32,000 nucleotides of DNA. Source: Ruminococcus albus 7 = DSM 20455. Lineage in GTDB: Bacteria > Bacillota > Clostridia > Oscillospirales > Ruminococcaceae. Location: the NCBI RefSeq assembly GCF_000179635.2, contig NC_014824.1, positions 60,001-92,000 on the forward strand, written 5' to 3'. Below are positions 16,931 through 24,915 of this stretch, piece by piece (position 1 is the stretch's first letter; every line of letters begins with the position of its first letter). Position numbers and translations under genes: made by a program. A model generated the notes under the pieces. That model saw only the letters and a program-made list of their open reading frames with translations. It did not search any database and was not told the origin of the DNA.

Positions 16931-18451
16931 ATGCATGAAAAAAAGTGGCCGGAAAACTGTGTGTGGCCGAGACCGAGATGGGATTTAGCAGATAAGTTAT
17001 CTCATTCAAATATACCTATTAGGAACTCAAAAGATGTTCAAAAATATTTTAATGAAGATTACCCCAAAATCAAAGAGTATATGGACGAACAGGTAAGGAT
17101 AGGCAGACTGAATCCTGATTATACACTTAATAAAAACTATTATAATATATATATCCAAAACCATACCTGTAAAACTCCAGAGGAGTTGAAGGAACTTAAG
17201 CTTCTTCAACTTGAACAAGATGAAGAATGTGAGTATGAGTGGCGCCCTGAAATAGGAGACGGATTTTGGGATGGGAAATTCCTTATCGAAAATTATGAGA
17301 GCGCCCCTGCTGATTTTGCAAACCTTCATAAAATATCCGTTAATGACGCTGGAAATGATCCTGTAAGTTATCTGAGCAGTATAACTGGATACAAATTTCA
17401 AAATGAGAACCTGCTAAGACAAGCTTTTACGAGGAAAGCCTTTAAGGAAGAATATCATCTTACGCGGTGCAGCGAACAATTTGAATTTTTAGGTAATGCA
17501 GTACTGAATGCAATGGTGACAAAAGAAATCGTCAAACAGAGCATATTAAATTTACCGGAGTACGTCGATGGAGTAGCATGGTTAAATTCGGAACGAGACA
17601 AGGGTTATATGACAAAACTTCGTACACAGTATGTTAACAAGGAATTCCTTGCCGAACGCGCAACTACACTGGGGTTTGACCGTTTCATTCTTTATGGTAA
17701 AGGCGAGAAAAAATCACAAAACAGCCGCGGAGATATTATAGAAGCAATCATAGGTGCTGTAGCTTTTGACTGCAACTGGGATTGGTCCACTCTTGAGAAA
17801 GTCGTATTTAATTTGATCAATTTCTGTATACCACATTTGGGGCATGAGTGTTATTTTGACGAAATGAACAAATGGCATCAGAAGCATTTTGGCAAGATAC
17901 CAGAGTATAAAGTTTTTCAAAAAAACAAGCCTGATGATACAGAGTGTTTTGAATGTGTGATACGATTTTCTCTGCCCGAAAATGATAAAGGGATCGAAAC
18001 GATTCAGGAAAAAGTCGGGAAAGAAGGATCAACTCGTTCTTTGGCAAAAGAAAATGCCGCAAAAAAAGCAGTGGATTTTTTAAAGGAAATCGGTTTATGG
18101 CTTGTTTTAGAAAACATAAATATCGAGCCGAGAGTAGAAGATGCGATAAATCAGCTTCAGGAATTGTATCAAAAGAAATATATTGACAAACCCGAATACG
18201 AATTTGTACGTATTGCTAAAGTCTGGGCGTGTGAATGCAAATACAATGGTATACAAAACTTTGCATATTCCAAAAACAAAACTGATGCTAAAAAGAAAGC
18301 AGCTTTCTATTCGCTTACTGAATTCATCATGAAATCAGGTTTAGAATATGATAAATGGTTCTCAATGATGCTTGATCTGATAGAAGAAGAACGACCGTTA
18401 CGCGAATGTATCCTGGAATATGATCGAAAAAAATCAAAAACTGAAGACTGA
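16931..18451 (+). CDS. Atypical RNase III-family protein: unknown N-terminal domain of about 175 aa, an RNase III domain with a signature Asp-to-Asn change, and two dsRBD-like modules
   Basis: Start moved to the ATG at 16931 (GGGAGG RBS). GYKFQNENLLRQAFT, then SEQFEFLGNAVL where canonical proteins have ERLEFLGD (the AAT codon is at 17495-17497). GDIIEAIIGAV is retained. The two dsRBD-like segments end in LAKENAAKKAVDFL and TDAKKKAAFYSL. Confidence 0.8.
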   Translation: MHEKKWPENCVWPRPRWDLADKLSHSNIPIRNSKDVQKYFNEDYPKIKEYMDEQVRIGRLNPDYTLNKNYYNIYIQNHTCKTPEELKELKLLQLEQDEECEYEWRPEIGDGFWDGKFLIENYESAPADFANLHKISVNDAGNDPVSYLSSITGYKFQNENLLRQAFTRKAFKEEYHLTRCSEQFEFLGNAVLNAMVTKEIVKQSILNLPEYVDGVAWLNSERDKGYMTKLRTQYVNKEFLAERATTLGFDRFILYGKGEKKSQNSRGDIIEAIIGAVAFDCNWDWSTLEKVVFNLINFCIPHLGHECYFDEMNKWHQKHFGKIPEYKVFQKNKPDDTECFECVIRFSLPENDKGIETIQEKVGKEGSTRSLAKENAAKKAVDFLKEIGLWLVLENINIEPRVEDAINQLQELYQKKYIDKPEYEFVRIAKVWACECKYNGIQNFAYSKNKTDAKKKAAFYSLTEFIMKSGLEYDKWFSMMLDLIEEERPLRECILEYDRKKSKTED

Positions 18452-18574
18452 ACTTACAAATAGATATTTTATGATTGAAATGCATATGCTGCCATTCTGA
18501 TTGTAAAATATGTTTTCTGTTTTGTTATCGGTAAATAGGCTTGAACGTCAAATATTCAGAATATAAGAGCCAAA

Positions 18575-18614
18575 AAAGAGAACTCTAACGCTTAACAGCA
18601 AAAGAGTTCTCTTT
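18575..18614. terminator. Bidirectional terminator between the RNase III-like gene and the topoisomerase operon
   Basis: 12-bp arms AAAGAGAACTCT / AGAGTTCTCTTT with a 16-nt loop, an A-run on the left and a T-rich tract on the right. Confidence 0.6.
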
Positions 18615-18618
18615 TCGT

Positions 18619-20601
18619 TTATACATATTTTTCTCGTTGAAAGCCTATAAATTTATGTCCCTTATATTCTTGCTCTGCAAGTTTTCCAATCACGTTGTAA
18701 ACATTTCCTTCTTTACTTCTGATCCCAGTTAGTTTGATGGATTTTCCCGCAAACAAATCATTTAATTCTTCATTTGTAAATGTATGCCCACCCCATACAG
18801 AACTGATCCTAATGGTTTTTCCTTTCCATTCACCAACGACCTTATCCTTGATCTCAACCGGCTTGATAGACAATGCAGTACGCATAGCAGCTCCGTTTTT
18901 TTTCATGACCTCTATATCATGCTTTACTAATTCCCGGATCTCAGCAAGCAGTTTCTCCGGATCACTTTTTCCTGCAGCTATTTCCTTCATGTTAAGCATG
19001 ACCTGTTCTGTTATCTTTATATTTCCTATATTCGTTCCCGGCAAGATCCTGTAACTCATTTCACCGCACTGGGTCATAGTTATCTTACCCTTTTTATCTA
19101 CAAGTAACGGAAATTTGGCTGATTCGTCTGTAACCTCAGAATAGGTACTTACTCGTGTGGCACCTGTGCCAACGTCATATTTTTCAAGTTGTTTCATTAA
19201 CCATTTCTGTGTTGGCACAGTGGGTTTCTTTGCAAATCCCTCATGTATAAACGGTGATGCAGTTTTTCCGAGTTCTTTACCTATAGTTTTTTCTTCGTCA
19301 TCATCTGCATAATTAAATACCGCTTTGTATCCTATTTTTTTCGGGACAGCAATTTTTCCAATAAATTCTGGATACATCTCTATATGCCCTTTTTGAAATT
19401 CATATTCATAGTCTTCCGCCAGCATTGCCAAATAGTTTTTGGCAAGCGTTGTGTATATCTCTGCAGCTCCCTTTCCGTACTTTTTTAGATCTGCCAGCGA
19501 TTTAGGGACTACCGGGCCGGGCCGGTTAGCTCCATGCGCACAACCCGTTGAAATATGAGTTTTACGCGGAATCCTATGTGTCAACAGGGAAGTCTTGACT
19601 CCTACTACATTAGCAATTGCGTCTATTTTGGGGAGAAGTTCATTAAACTGATCTATAGTTATCTTTTTATCTTCAGTTCGTGGATAACTTACGATCTGGT
19701 CTTCGTACATTTTCTGATAGGTAGCCAAAAGTTCGCTTGCTTTTATTCCCTTGGCAGATAATATTGAAGATAATGCTGCAAGATCCAGCAGCTTCCCGGG
19801 TGGCTGTGATTTAATCTCTTTTGAATCAACAACAACGCCGGAAGGCTTATATTTACTAGGAACATCAGATTTGTTTTTATATTTTTCTTCGGAGTTATTG
19901 GTATACACATTACCATTTTCATCTTTAAACCTCGTCTGATAAAATGGCGTTTTTTTGTATTCGCTTACAGCTTTAAGCTGCTCGCCTACAAGCCATACCA
20001 TTGCAGATTTTAAACGTCCTTGCCTGAGTACGGACCTTCCATCTCCGAATATGGTAGCGATCCTAGTGAACTGAATGGAAATAAAATCCCATTTGGTGCG
20101 ATATAGAGCCTTTATATAGTCCATATCTTTATCCATAGAAGGAATCTCTTTTCTGCTTACAAAAGCCTTCTGGATGTTTCCCGCTGCTTCATCCGGGAAG
20201 TACATTCTTGAATATTTTCTCGGTCTAAGCTTCAGTTCACTCAATATCTCCCATGCAAGCAGTTCACCCTCTCCGGAAGGATCATCATCAGTTGCAATGA
20301 CGATTTCATCACACTTAGACAGTACATTATAAATTTCCTTAAGCAGTGCATCAGATCCGGGCTTCTTTATCCTTCTCCATTTAAATTCCTTTTCATCCCA
20401 GGGAAGAAAGTCGATGTTCCAAGACTTGTATTTTCCGGATAAAGAAGCATCGACCTGCTTGTAAGGTTCCTCGAATTGATACAAATGACCTTTTGCATGA
20501 GTAAGAATAAATTGCTCTCCGTTGTATATACCGCTTACGCCGCCCAGCGCCTTTTTAAAGTTCTCATAAGCACTATTTTTTTCGGTTAAAATCCCTACCA
20601 A
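18619..20601 (-). CDS. Type IA DNA topoisomerase (Topo III-like, as found on mobile elements)
   Basis: TTG start with a GAAAGGA RBS. Toprim residues are Glu (GILTEK) and the acidic cluster ATDDDPSGEGE. The active-site Tyr context is VSYPRTED. CAHGANRP and GTGATRVSTY are also present. Confidence 0.85.
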   Translation of the reverse strand: MVGILTEKNSAYENFKKALGGVSGIYNGEQFILTHAKGHLYQFEEPYKQVDASLSGKYKSWNIDFLPWDEKEFKWRRIKKPGSDALLKEIYNVLSKCDEIVIATDDDPSGEGELLAWEILSELKLRPRKYSRMYFPDEAAGNIQKAFVSRKEIPSMDKDMDYIKALYRTKWDFISIQFTRIATIFGDGRSVLRQGRLKSAMVWLVGEQLKAVSEYKKTPFYQTRFKDENGNVYTNNSEEKYKNKSDVPSKYKPSGVVVDSKEIKSQPPGKLLDLAALSSILSAKGIKASELLATYQKMYEDQIVSYPRTEDKKITIDQFNELLPKIDAIANVVGVKTSLLTHRIPRKTHISTGCAHGANRPGPVVPKSLADLKKYGKGAAEIYTTLAKNYLAMLAEDYEYEFQKGHIEMYPEFIGKIAVPKKIGYKAVFNYADDDEEKTIGKELGKTASPFIHEGFAKKPTVPTQKWLMKQLEKYDVGTGATRVSTYSEVTDESAKFPLLVDKKGKITMTQCGEMSYRILPGTNIGNIKITEQVMLNMKEIAAGKSDPEKLLAEIRELVKHDIEVMKKNGAAMRTALSIKPVEIKDKVVGEWKGKTIRISSVWGGHTFTNEELNDLFAGKSIKLTGIRSKEGNVYNVIGKLAEQEYKGHKFIGFQREKYV

Positions 20602-20606
20602 ATTCG

Positions 20607-21383
20607 TTATCCTTTCTCGCTACTCTTCTCATTAAAAATAACTATGGTTGACATATTATCTTCGTATTTCCTGATCTTTGCAGCATCTATCAAGGCTCTT
20701 ACAGCTGATTTTGTATTATCAGCTGTAAGTACAAGTTCCATAATGATATGCTGCCAGAGAGCACAATGAATACCATCAGATGTTATCACTATGACACCAT
20801 TCTTAAAATCAAAAGAACCTGTCTGTATCTGAGGTTCAGCAAATGAGCCTATATTGCTCGTCAGCTGGTGCATAGCCACGCTTTCCATGTACTCTCTTTC
20901 ATCTATTTTATTCTGCAGGTACTCATTGTAGTTTGCCGTATGATCAACTGTCATCTGAATGATTTTTGGCTCTTTGTTCTTATTTGTGGTGATCCACTGA
21001 AGTCTTGTGTTTCCGCAATGTGCAAAATATACCTTCTCTTTATGAATAACACAACAGGTCATGCTGCAGCCGAAGTTGGGAAAACGTTCGTCATTAACAG
21101 CATTGAATACTCCGAGAACTCTGTTAGCAAGATAAAAAGCCTCATCCATTAAACTGTCCGCATTATCAAAGATGGCTGTTCCTTCACGGTCAAAGCGCCT
21201 TTTTATCAGGTTGATCACTTCGGCGCATGCAATACTTGCAGGATTATACTGTCCCTCAATTCCTCCTATACCATCTGCTACGATAAATACAAAAGTTTCA
21301 GTATCTAAGGCGAACTGATAAATAACATCTTCCTGCCTTTCACGATTAACGCCAATGTCACTCATTCCATCAAATACTATCAT
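20607..21383 (-). CDS. PP2C-family Ser/Thr protein phosphatase
   Basis: GVNRERQEDV, VADGIGG, ITSDGIH and YEDNMSTIVIF. The start overlaps the upstream stop (ATGA). Confidence 0.8.
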   Translation of the reverse strand: MIVFDGMSDIGVNRERQEDVIYQFALDTETFVFIVADGIGGIEGQYNPASIACAEVINLIKRRFDREGTAIFDNADSLMDEAFYLANRVLGVFNAVNDERFPNFGCSMTCCVIHKEKVYFAHCGNTRLQWITTNKNKEPKIIQMTVDHTANYNEYLQNKIDEREYMESVAMHQLTSNIGSFAEPQIQTGSFDFKNGVIVITSDGIHCALWQHIIMELVLTADNTKSAVRALIDAAKIRKYEDNMSTIVIFNEKSSEKG

Positions 21384-21931
21384 TTCTCGGCTGAATTATC
21401 AGCCGTCACCTCCCCGGAGTCACTATTTTTTGAAAGGATTACAGCTGCACTGTACACAGCGTAATCGTCAATGATCTTATCTTTGTAATTCAAGTAGATA
21501 AAAGATACTTCCGCTGCAGAATATGGAGTTCCGATCTGATTGACCGAGGCTACATACAATCCGTTGATATCTTCAAAAAGGTCTTCAAAAGAAGCTATCC
21601 CTTTTTTTGCATCTTCACTGCTTTCAGGTTCGATAACCAGATCGCTCTTTTTATCTGTATAGTTTTGTTGAATAGAAAACAACATATTTTGCTGAACTTC
21701 AAGCTCAACAAGAAAATCCTCTGGTGACATTTTACCAATGACATATAAAGTGTATACGTCTTGTGTTGACTTTATCAGCTCATTCAGCTTATCTTCCGTT
21801 TCATCAACAGACATTATCCATTCTTCGGCTTTTATTTCTTTTTTAGTTTCGATTGTTTCTTTTTCGCAGGCTGATAAAAAAAACAGCGATAAAGAAAACA
21901 ATACCGGAGCAATTTTCTTCGATAGTCTCAT
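21380..21931 (-). CDS. Lipoprotein of unknown function
   Basis: Start moved to the ATG at 21931 (GGAAGGA RBS). The signal peptide carries a lipobox: MRLSKKIAPVLFSLSLFFLSAC. Confidence 0.7.
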   Translation of the reverse strand: MRLSKKIAPVLFSLSLFFLSACEKETIETKKEIKAEEWIMSVDETEDKLNELIKSTQDVYTLYVIGKMSPEDFLVELEVQQNMLFSIQQNYTDKKSDLVIEPESSEDAKKGIASFEDLFEDINGLYVASVNQIGTPYSAAEVSFIYLNYKDKIIDDYAVYSAAVILSKNSDSGEVTADNSAEK

Positions 21932-21932
21932 A

Positions 21933-22676
21933 CTAAAATTTCCTTCCGGATTCAGATATAAACTCTTCGTACTGTCTTTTATAATAGTTATAGAAAACCT
22001 CGTCTTTTTCTGTTTCAGGTAAAGCGTCATGCAAAAAGTCGATCGGAGAATCATAGAATTGTTCTGCGATATCGCGGAGCTTCCATTTATCCAACCACTT
22101 CAGGATGTTACGATCACCAAAAAGCCTGTATACATCTTCTATGTTTTCAAAATTCTGTTGCTGTGTGATTGCATGCTGTAAACATATAGCAACCTTAAGC
22201 TTACCATCGTTTATAACATCGAAGAAATGTTTTGGAAACTTCTTTATAACTCCGTTAAGAAGATCGTTATATGTAACGATTATCATTTCCCTTTCATCTA
22301 AATGGTAACGGGAACCGAAAACATATTTGAGCAACACCTGAATATCAGACTTGACCATTTTTTTATGCGCTTCGCCGTTTTCTTCTGATGTGTAAAACCT
22401 AGCCTTGCCGTTAGGTTCATTGTAGAAATTTATATAAGACAAATACTTGTCAACCTTATAATTTTTCAGTATTTCAAGATCCAGTCTCTGTTCAGCTGTC
22501 TCAGGATCCCAACCTAGAATATTTTCGATGAGATACCTAAAGATCTCAACAGCGATAGAATTGTTTCTATCTGCGTTGTCCCCGAAGTAATATGTTGAGG
22601 CCTGCCTTCTTTTTCCTACAAGTATCTCCTCATATTCAAGTATAATCGCCATTTTCTGTTTATCAGTTATGATCAC
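21933..22676 (-). CDS. Hypothetical protein, first gene of the topoisomerase operon
   Basis: The ORF is open from 22685 (a TTG that abuts the RBS). The GTG at 22676 is 9 nt after AAGGAG and is the better start, and the ATG at 22652 is an alternative. Its stop is 1 nt from the lipoprotein ATG. Confidence 0.6.
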   Translation of the reverse strand: MIITDKQKMAIILEYEEILVGKRRQASTYYFGDNADRNNSIAVEIFRYLIENILGWDPETAEQRLDLEILKNYKVDKYLSYINFYNEPNGKARFYTSEENGEAHKKMVKSDIQVLLKYVFGSRYHLDEREMIIVTYNDLLNGVIKKFPKHFFDVINDGKLKVAICLQHAITQQQNFENIEDVYRLFGDRNILKWLDKWKLRDIAEQFYDSPIDFLHDALPETEKDEVFYNYYKRQYEEFISESGRKF

Positions 22677-22707
22677 AAAGATCAACTCCTTATTAAAATT
22701 TATTTGC

Positions 22708-22729
22708 TATATATATTATAGCAGATTTT
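22708..22729 (-). promoter_or_regulatory. Extended -10 promoter for the topoisomerase operon; copy 1 of an exact 22-mer
   Basis: The minus strand reads AAAATCTGCTATAATATATATA, about 35 nt upstream of the RBS. It is identical to 24248-24269. Confidence 0.5.
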
Positions 22730-22730
22730 C

Positions 22731-22860
22731 TCGTGAAGCTTCACACGACTAAAGTCGCGTGCTTCCTATAGTGTCCTAGCGGACACCCCCACTTTAGGTG
22801 GGCGGACTACGTTTCTACCATACAGCCTGAACTCAGAAAATTATGCTGTTTTAGCAATAA
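22731..22860 (-). ncRNA. Putative TnpB omega-RNA (reRNA) scaffold overlapping and following the tnpB 3' end
   Basis: Consecutive hairpins lie directly downstream of the tnpB stop codon: 22788-22802 (CCCAC/GTGGG), 22771-22786 (GTGTCC/GGACAC), 22744-22761 (CACGAC..GTCGcGTG) and 22733-22744. The position matches known TnpB guide-RNA loci. The exact ends are unknown. Confidence 0.5.
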
Positions 22861-24166
22861 TTTCCGCATTCAGGTTAACTAAGGTAGAGAACGTGCAGGT
22901 GCTTCTCTTACTGAATTGAGGGACTTTAGCCTCAATGAGCAACCTTGAATTCTCATCCAAGGATTTTAATATTTCACGTATGAAGTATCTTGCACCGATA
23001 TTATACGAAGCAGATAGATCACAGTTGTAGGTCTTGCCATTTTGAAATTTGCATAGCTCATAGGTATTGAAACCACCGAATTTACCGCGAAGTACAAAAC
23101 CACTGCCATCGTAGGCAAGGCGTGACGTATTCCATGCACAGATATGGCTTACTCTCATACCTAGTCTGTGAGCTTTATTCGTTACAATAGACTGAACTTC
23201 CTGACTGCGCCACAGCTTGAGTTTCTGCTTTTTAGAACCGCGGACCTTACCGTTCTTGTCTAAATGCTCAAATACAATAACATCTGCATTATAAAGAACG
23301 GCTATATCTACGATGCAGTTCGCAGTTTTAGTGGCAATGTCGTGATTGATTCCTTTGGCTTTTGCCCAAAGCCTTGGTGTTTTATAGTTACCATGCTGCT
23401 GAGCTTTTTTGATACGGTTAACACAATGCATCAGATGGTCTGTTTCTTTGGTAAGCTTACAAAAATGCCTTCCAAGAATAGTGCCATCTGAACGCATTAC
23501 GGAAATCGTAGCAGCGGTGTTTATTCCAAGGTCTACAGCAACAATGGTCTGCTCATACACAGATATATCTGCAAGTTTGACCTTTTCCTCAAACGGAAAG
23601 TCCAAAAACCACTCCTTGCCTCGTTTTTGAAGTGTTGGAGCGCATTGCTTGCGAAAACTGCAATATCTGTATATATAATCCATATCAGACTTTTTAAGGT
23701 TTATCGTTATCCAGTCCCATGTATTACGGATGTATACTTTGATCTGGGCAGTATAATCACCGGTCCGATTGTACATTACTGTACGATACATAGACGGGAA
23801 TGAATAACCTGCTTTTGGATACGATGGTTCTCTTCCGACCGGATCTTTGATCCAGTTATCGAGATTGGTTTTGTAAGATGATACCTTGCCTATAGCCTCG
23901 TTAATAGCACCACGGCGCAGATAGCTTGGCATCTTATAGAATTTGGCATCAAAATCATAAATTGGATCGGGATTATCTTTTGTAGTATGGATCAGTGTTT
24001 CAATATATGTGAGTCTACTCACACCTTTGAATGTAATTATGTTATCCCATTTATCAAGACATACTTTGATAAGGTAATCTACAGCATGTCTGTATTCGAT
24101 AACGGTATCTTTAAAGATGTTGTTGTAATGCTTGATCTTAACGCTGTAAGTCGTATATATCTGCAT
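22841..24166 (-). CDS. tnpB: TnpB-family RNA-guided nuclease (IS200/IS605 accessory protein type)
   Basis: RuvC-I is IVAVDLGIN, RuvC-II is VIVFEHLD, and RuvC-III is YNCDLSASYNIGARY. AWNTS is also present. The usual CxxC...CxxC zinc ribbon is largely degenerate. AGGAGGGA RBS. Confidence 0.85.
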   Translation of the reverse strand: MQIYTTYSVKIKHYNNIFKDTVIEYRHAVDYLIKVCLDKWDNIITFKGVSRLTYIETLIHTTKDNPDPIYDFDAKFYKMPSYLRRGAINEAIGKVSSYKTNLDNWIKDPVGREPSYPKAGYSFPSMYRTVMYNRTGDYTAQIKVYIRNTWDWITINLKKSDMDYIYRYCSFRKQCAPTLQKRGKEWFLDFPFEEKVKLADISVYEQTIVAVDLGINTAATISVMRSDGTILGRHFCKLTKETDHLMHCVNRIKKAQQHGNYKTPRLWAKAKGINHDIATKTANCIVDIAVLYNADVIVFEHLDKNGKVRGSKKQKLKLWRSQEVQSIVTNKAHRLGMRVSHICAWNTSRLAYDGSGFVLRGKFGGFNTYELCKFQNGKTYNCDLSASYNIGARYFIREILKSLDENSRLLIEAKVPQFSKRSTCTFSTLVNLNAEIIAKTA

Positions 24167-24247
24167 ACTGCAGACTCCCTCCTTCTACTTGTTTTTTTGA
24201 GAATTAATGTAATCTGTTACATGTTTAAGAATTCTATCACTTACTGT

Positions 24248-24269
24248 TATATATATTATAGCAGATTTT
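24248..24269 (-). promoter_or_regulatory. Extended -10 promoter of tnpB; copy 2 of the exact 22-mer
   Basis: The minus strand reads AAAATCTGCTATAATATATATA, about 80 nt upstream of the tnpB ATG. Confidence 0.5.
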
Positions 24270-24308
24270 TTTAAGAATAAAAAATTATATATACTAAAAG
24301 TTTTGCTG

Positions 24309-24334
24309 TGTTTGTGTCACGCGTGACACAAACA
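24309..24334. repeat. Perfect 26-bp palindrome
   Basis: TGTTTGTGTCACG|CGTGACACAAACA, centred on ACGCGT. Confidence 0.9.
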
Positions 24335-24595
24335 AAATTTTAATTGTTTTTATTAGATCTAAGAAGCAGAAAGGGTGAAGTGTTGCAACCGCAGCACCCT
24401 CTAACTATATCCGAACATCAGAGTAAAAAAACATATTTACTGGTGACAGCCCCTTCCCTTAAGAATTATAATAGCATCTGTCAGTCTTAATTGAGGCTTG
24501 CAGTTTAAAAGACGAATTATATGGTCAGGACTGCATTCCTGTATTTGGTAGTCCATACGATATGGTATTACAATGAATATACATACCCTCGACCA

Positions 24596-24700
24596 TGCAC
24601 AACAGAATGTCAAGAAATGCCGCCTAACTCATGACTAAAGTCACGAGCGTGCGGCGGCAAAATCGTCAATTAAAAATTTTATATAGTTATTTTTATTGAA
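24596..24700 (-). repeat. Copy B of the hairpin repeat (inverted relative to copy A)
   Basis: CCGCCTAACTCATGACTAAAGTCACGAGCGTGCGGCGG (24620-24657) and its flanks match the reverse complement of 16318-16400. The core resembles the hairpin at the tnpB right end. Confidence 0.65.
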
Positions 24701-24786
24701 AATAATTTTTCTATATAATAACATTCTCCCCCCCCCCGACTAAAAGCTTGGGAGAATGTCACGACAACAACCTAAGGCTATTTCAA

Positions 24787-24817
24787 AGAGTTTCCGATTA
24801 CAGGAAACTCTTTTTTT
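24787..24817 (+). terminator. Plus-strand intrinsic terminator with no upstream plus-strand CDS
   Basis: A 9-bp stem, AGAGTTTCC-GATTACA-GGAAACTCT, is followed by TTTTTTT. Confidence 0.65.
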
Positions 24818-24822
24818 ACACC

Positions 24823-24848
24823 AAAAAAGGCTCCCAAAAGAGAGCCTT
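24823..24848 (-). terminator. Minus-strand terminator of the Cys-rich protein gene
   Basis: The minus strand reads AAGGCTCTC-TTTT-GGGAGCCTT followed by TTTT. Confidence 0.6.
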
Positions 24849-24915
24849 GAATACATACGTTATACACCTGCAGCCTCAACCGTAGCTTACTCTGTTTATG
24901 CATAACTTAGTTATT

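Larger units (their letters stand above)
22731..24700 (-). mobile_element. IS200/IS605-family TnpB-only element (boundaries approximate; no tnpA)
   Basis: It comprises tnpB, a right-end hairpin (GCACGCGACTTTAGTCGTG at 22744-22762, minus strand), and a related hairpin about 450 bp upstream of tnpB (24620-24657). No Y1 transposase ORF lies between them. Confidence 0.4.

Noticed and set aside
22708-24269. The 22-bp direct repeat as a transposition target-site duplication
   Set aside because: IS200/IS605-family elements do not generate target duplications. In addition, the upstream copy lies inside the element, between the presumed left-end hairpin and tnpB. It is better explained as a promoter cassette and/or a guide-adjacent sequence.
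24270-24620. Decayed tnpA (Y1 transposase) between the left-end hairpin and tnpB
   Set aside because: Reading all frames by eye gave only very short ORFs and no HUH or catalytic-Tyr context. It cannot be excluded without tblastn, so it was not annotated.
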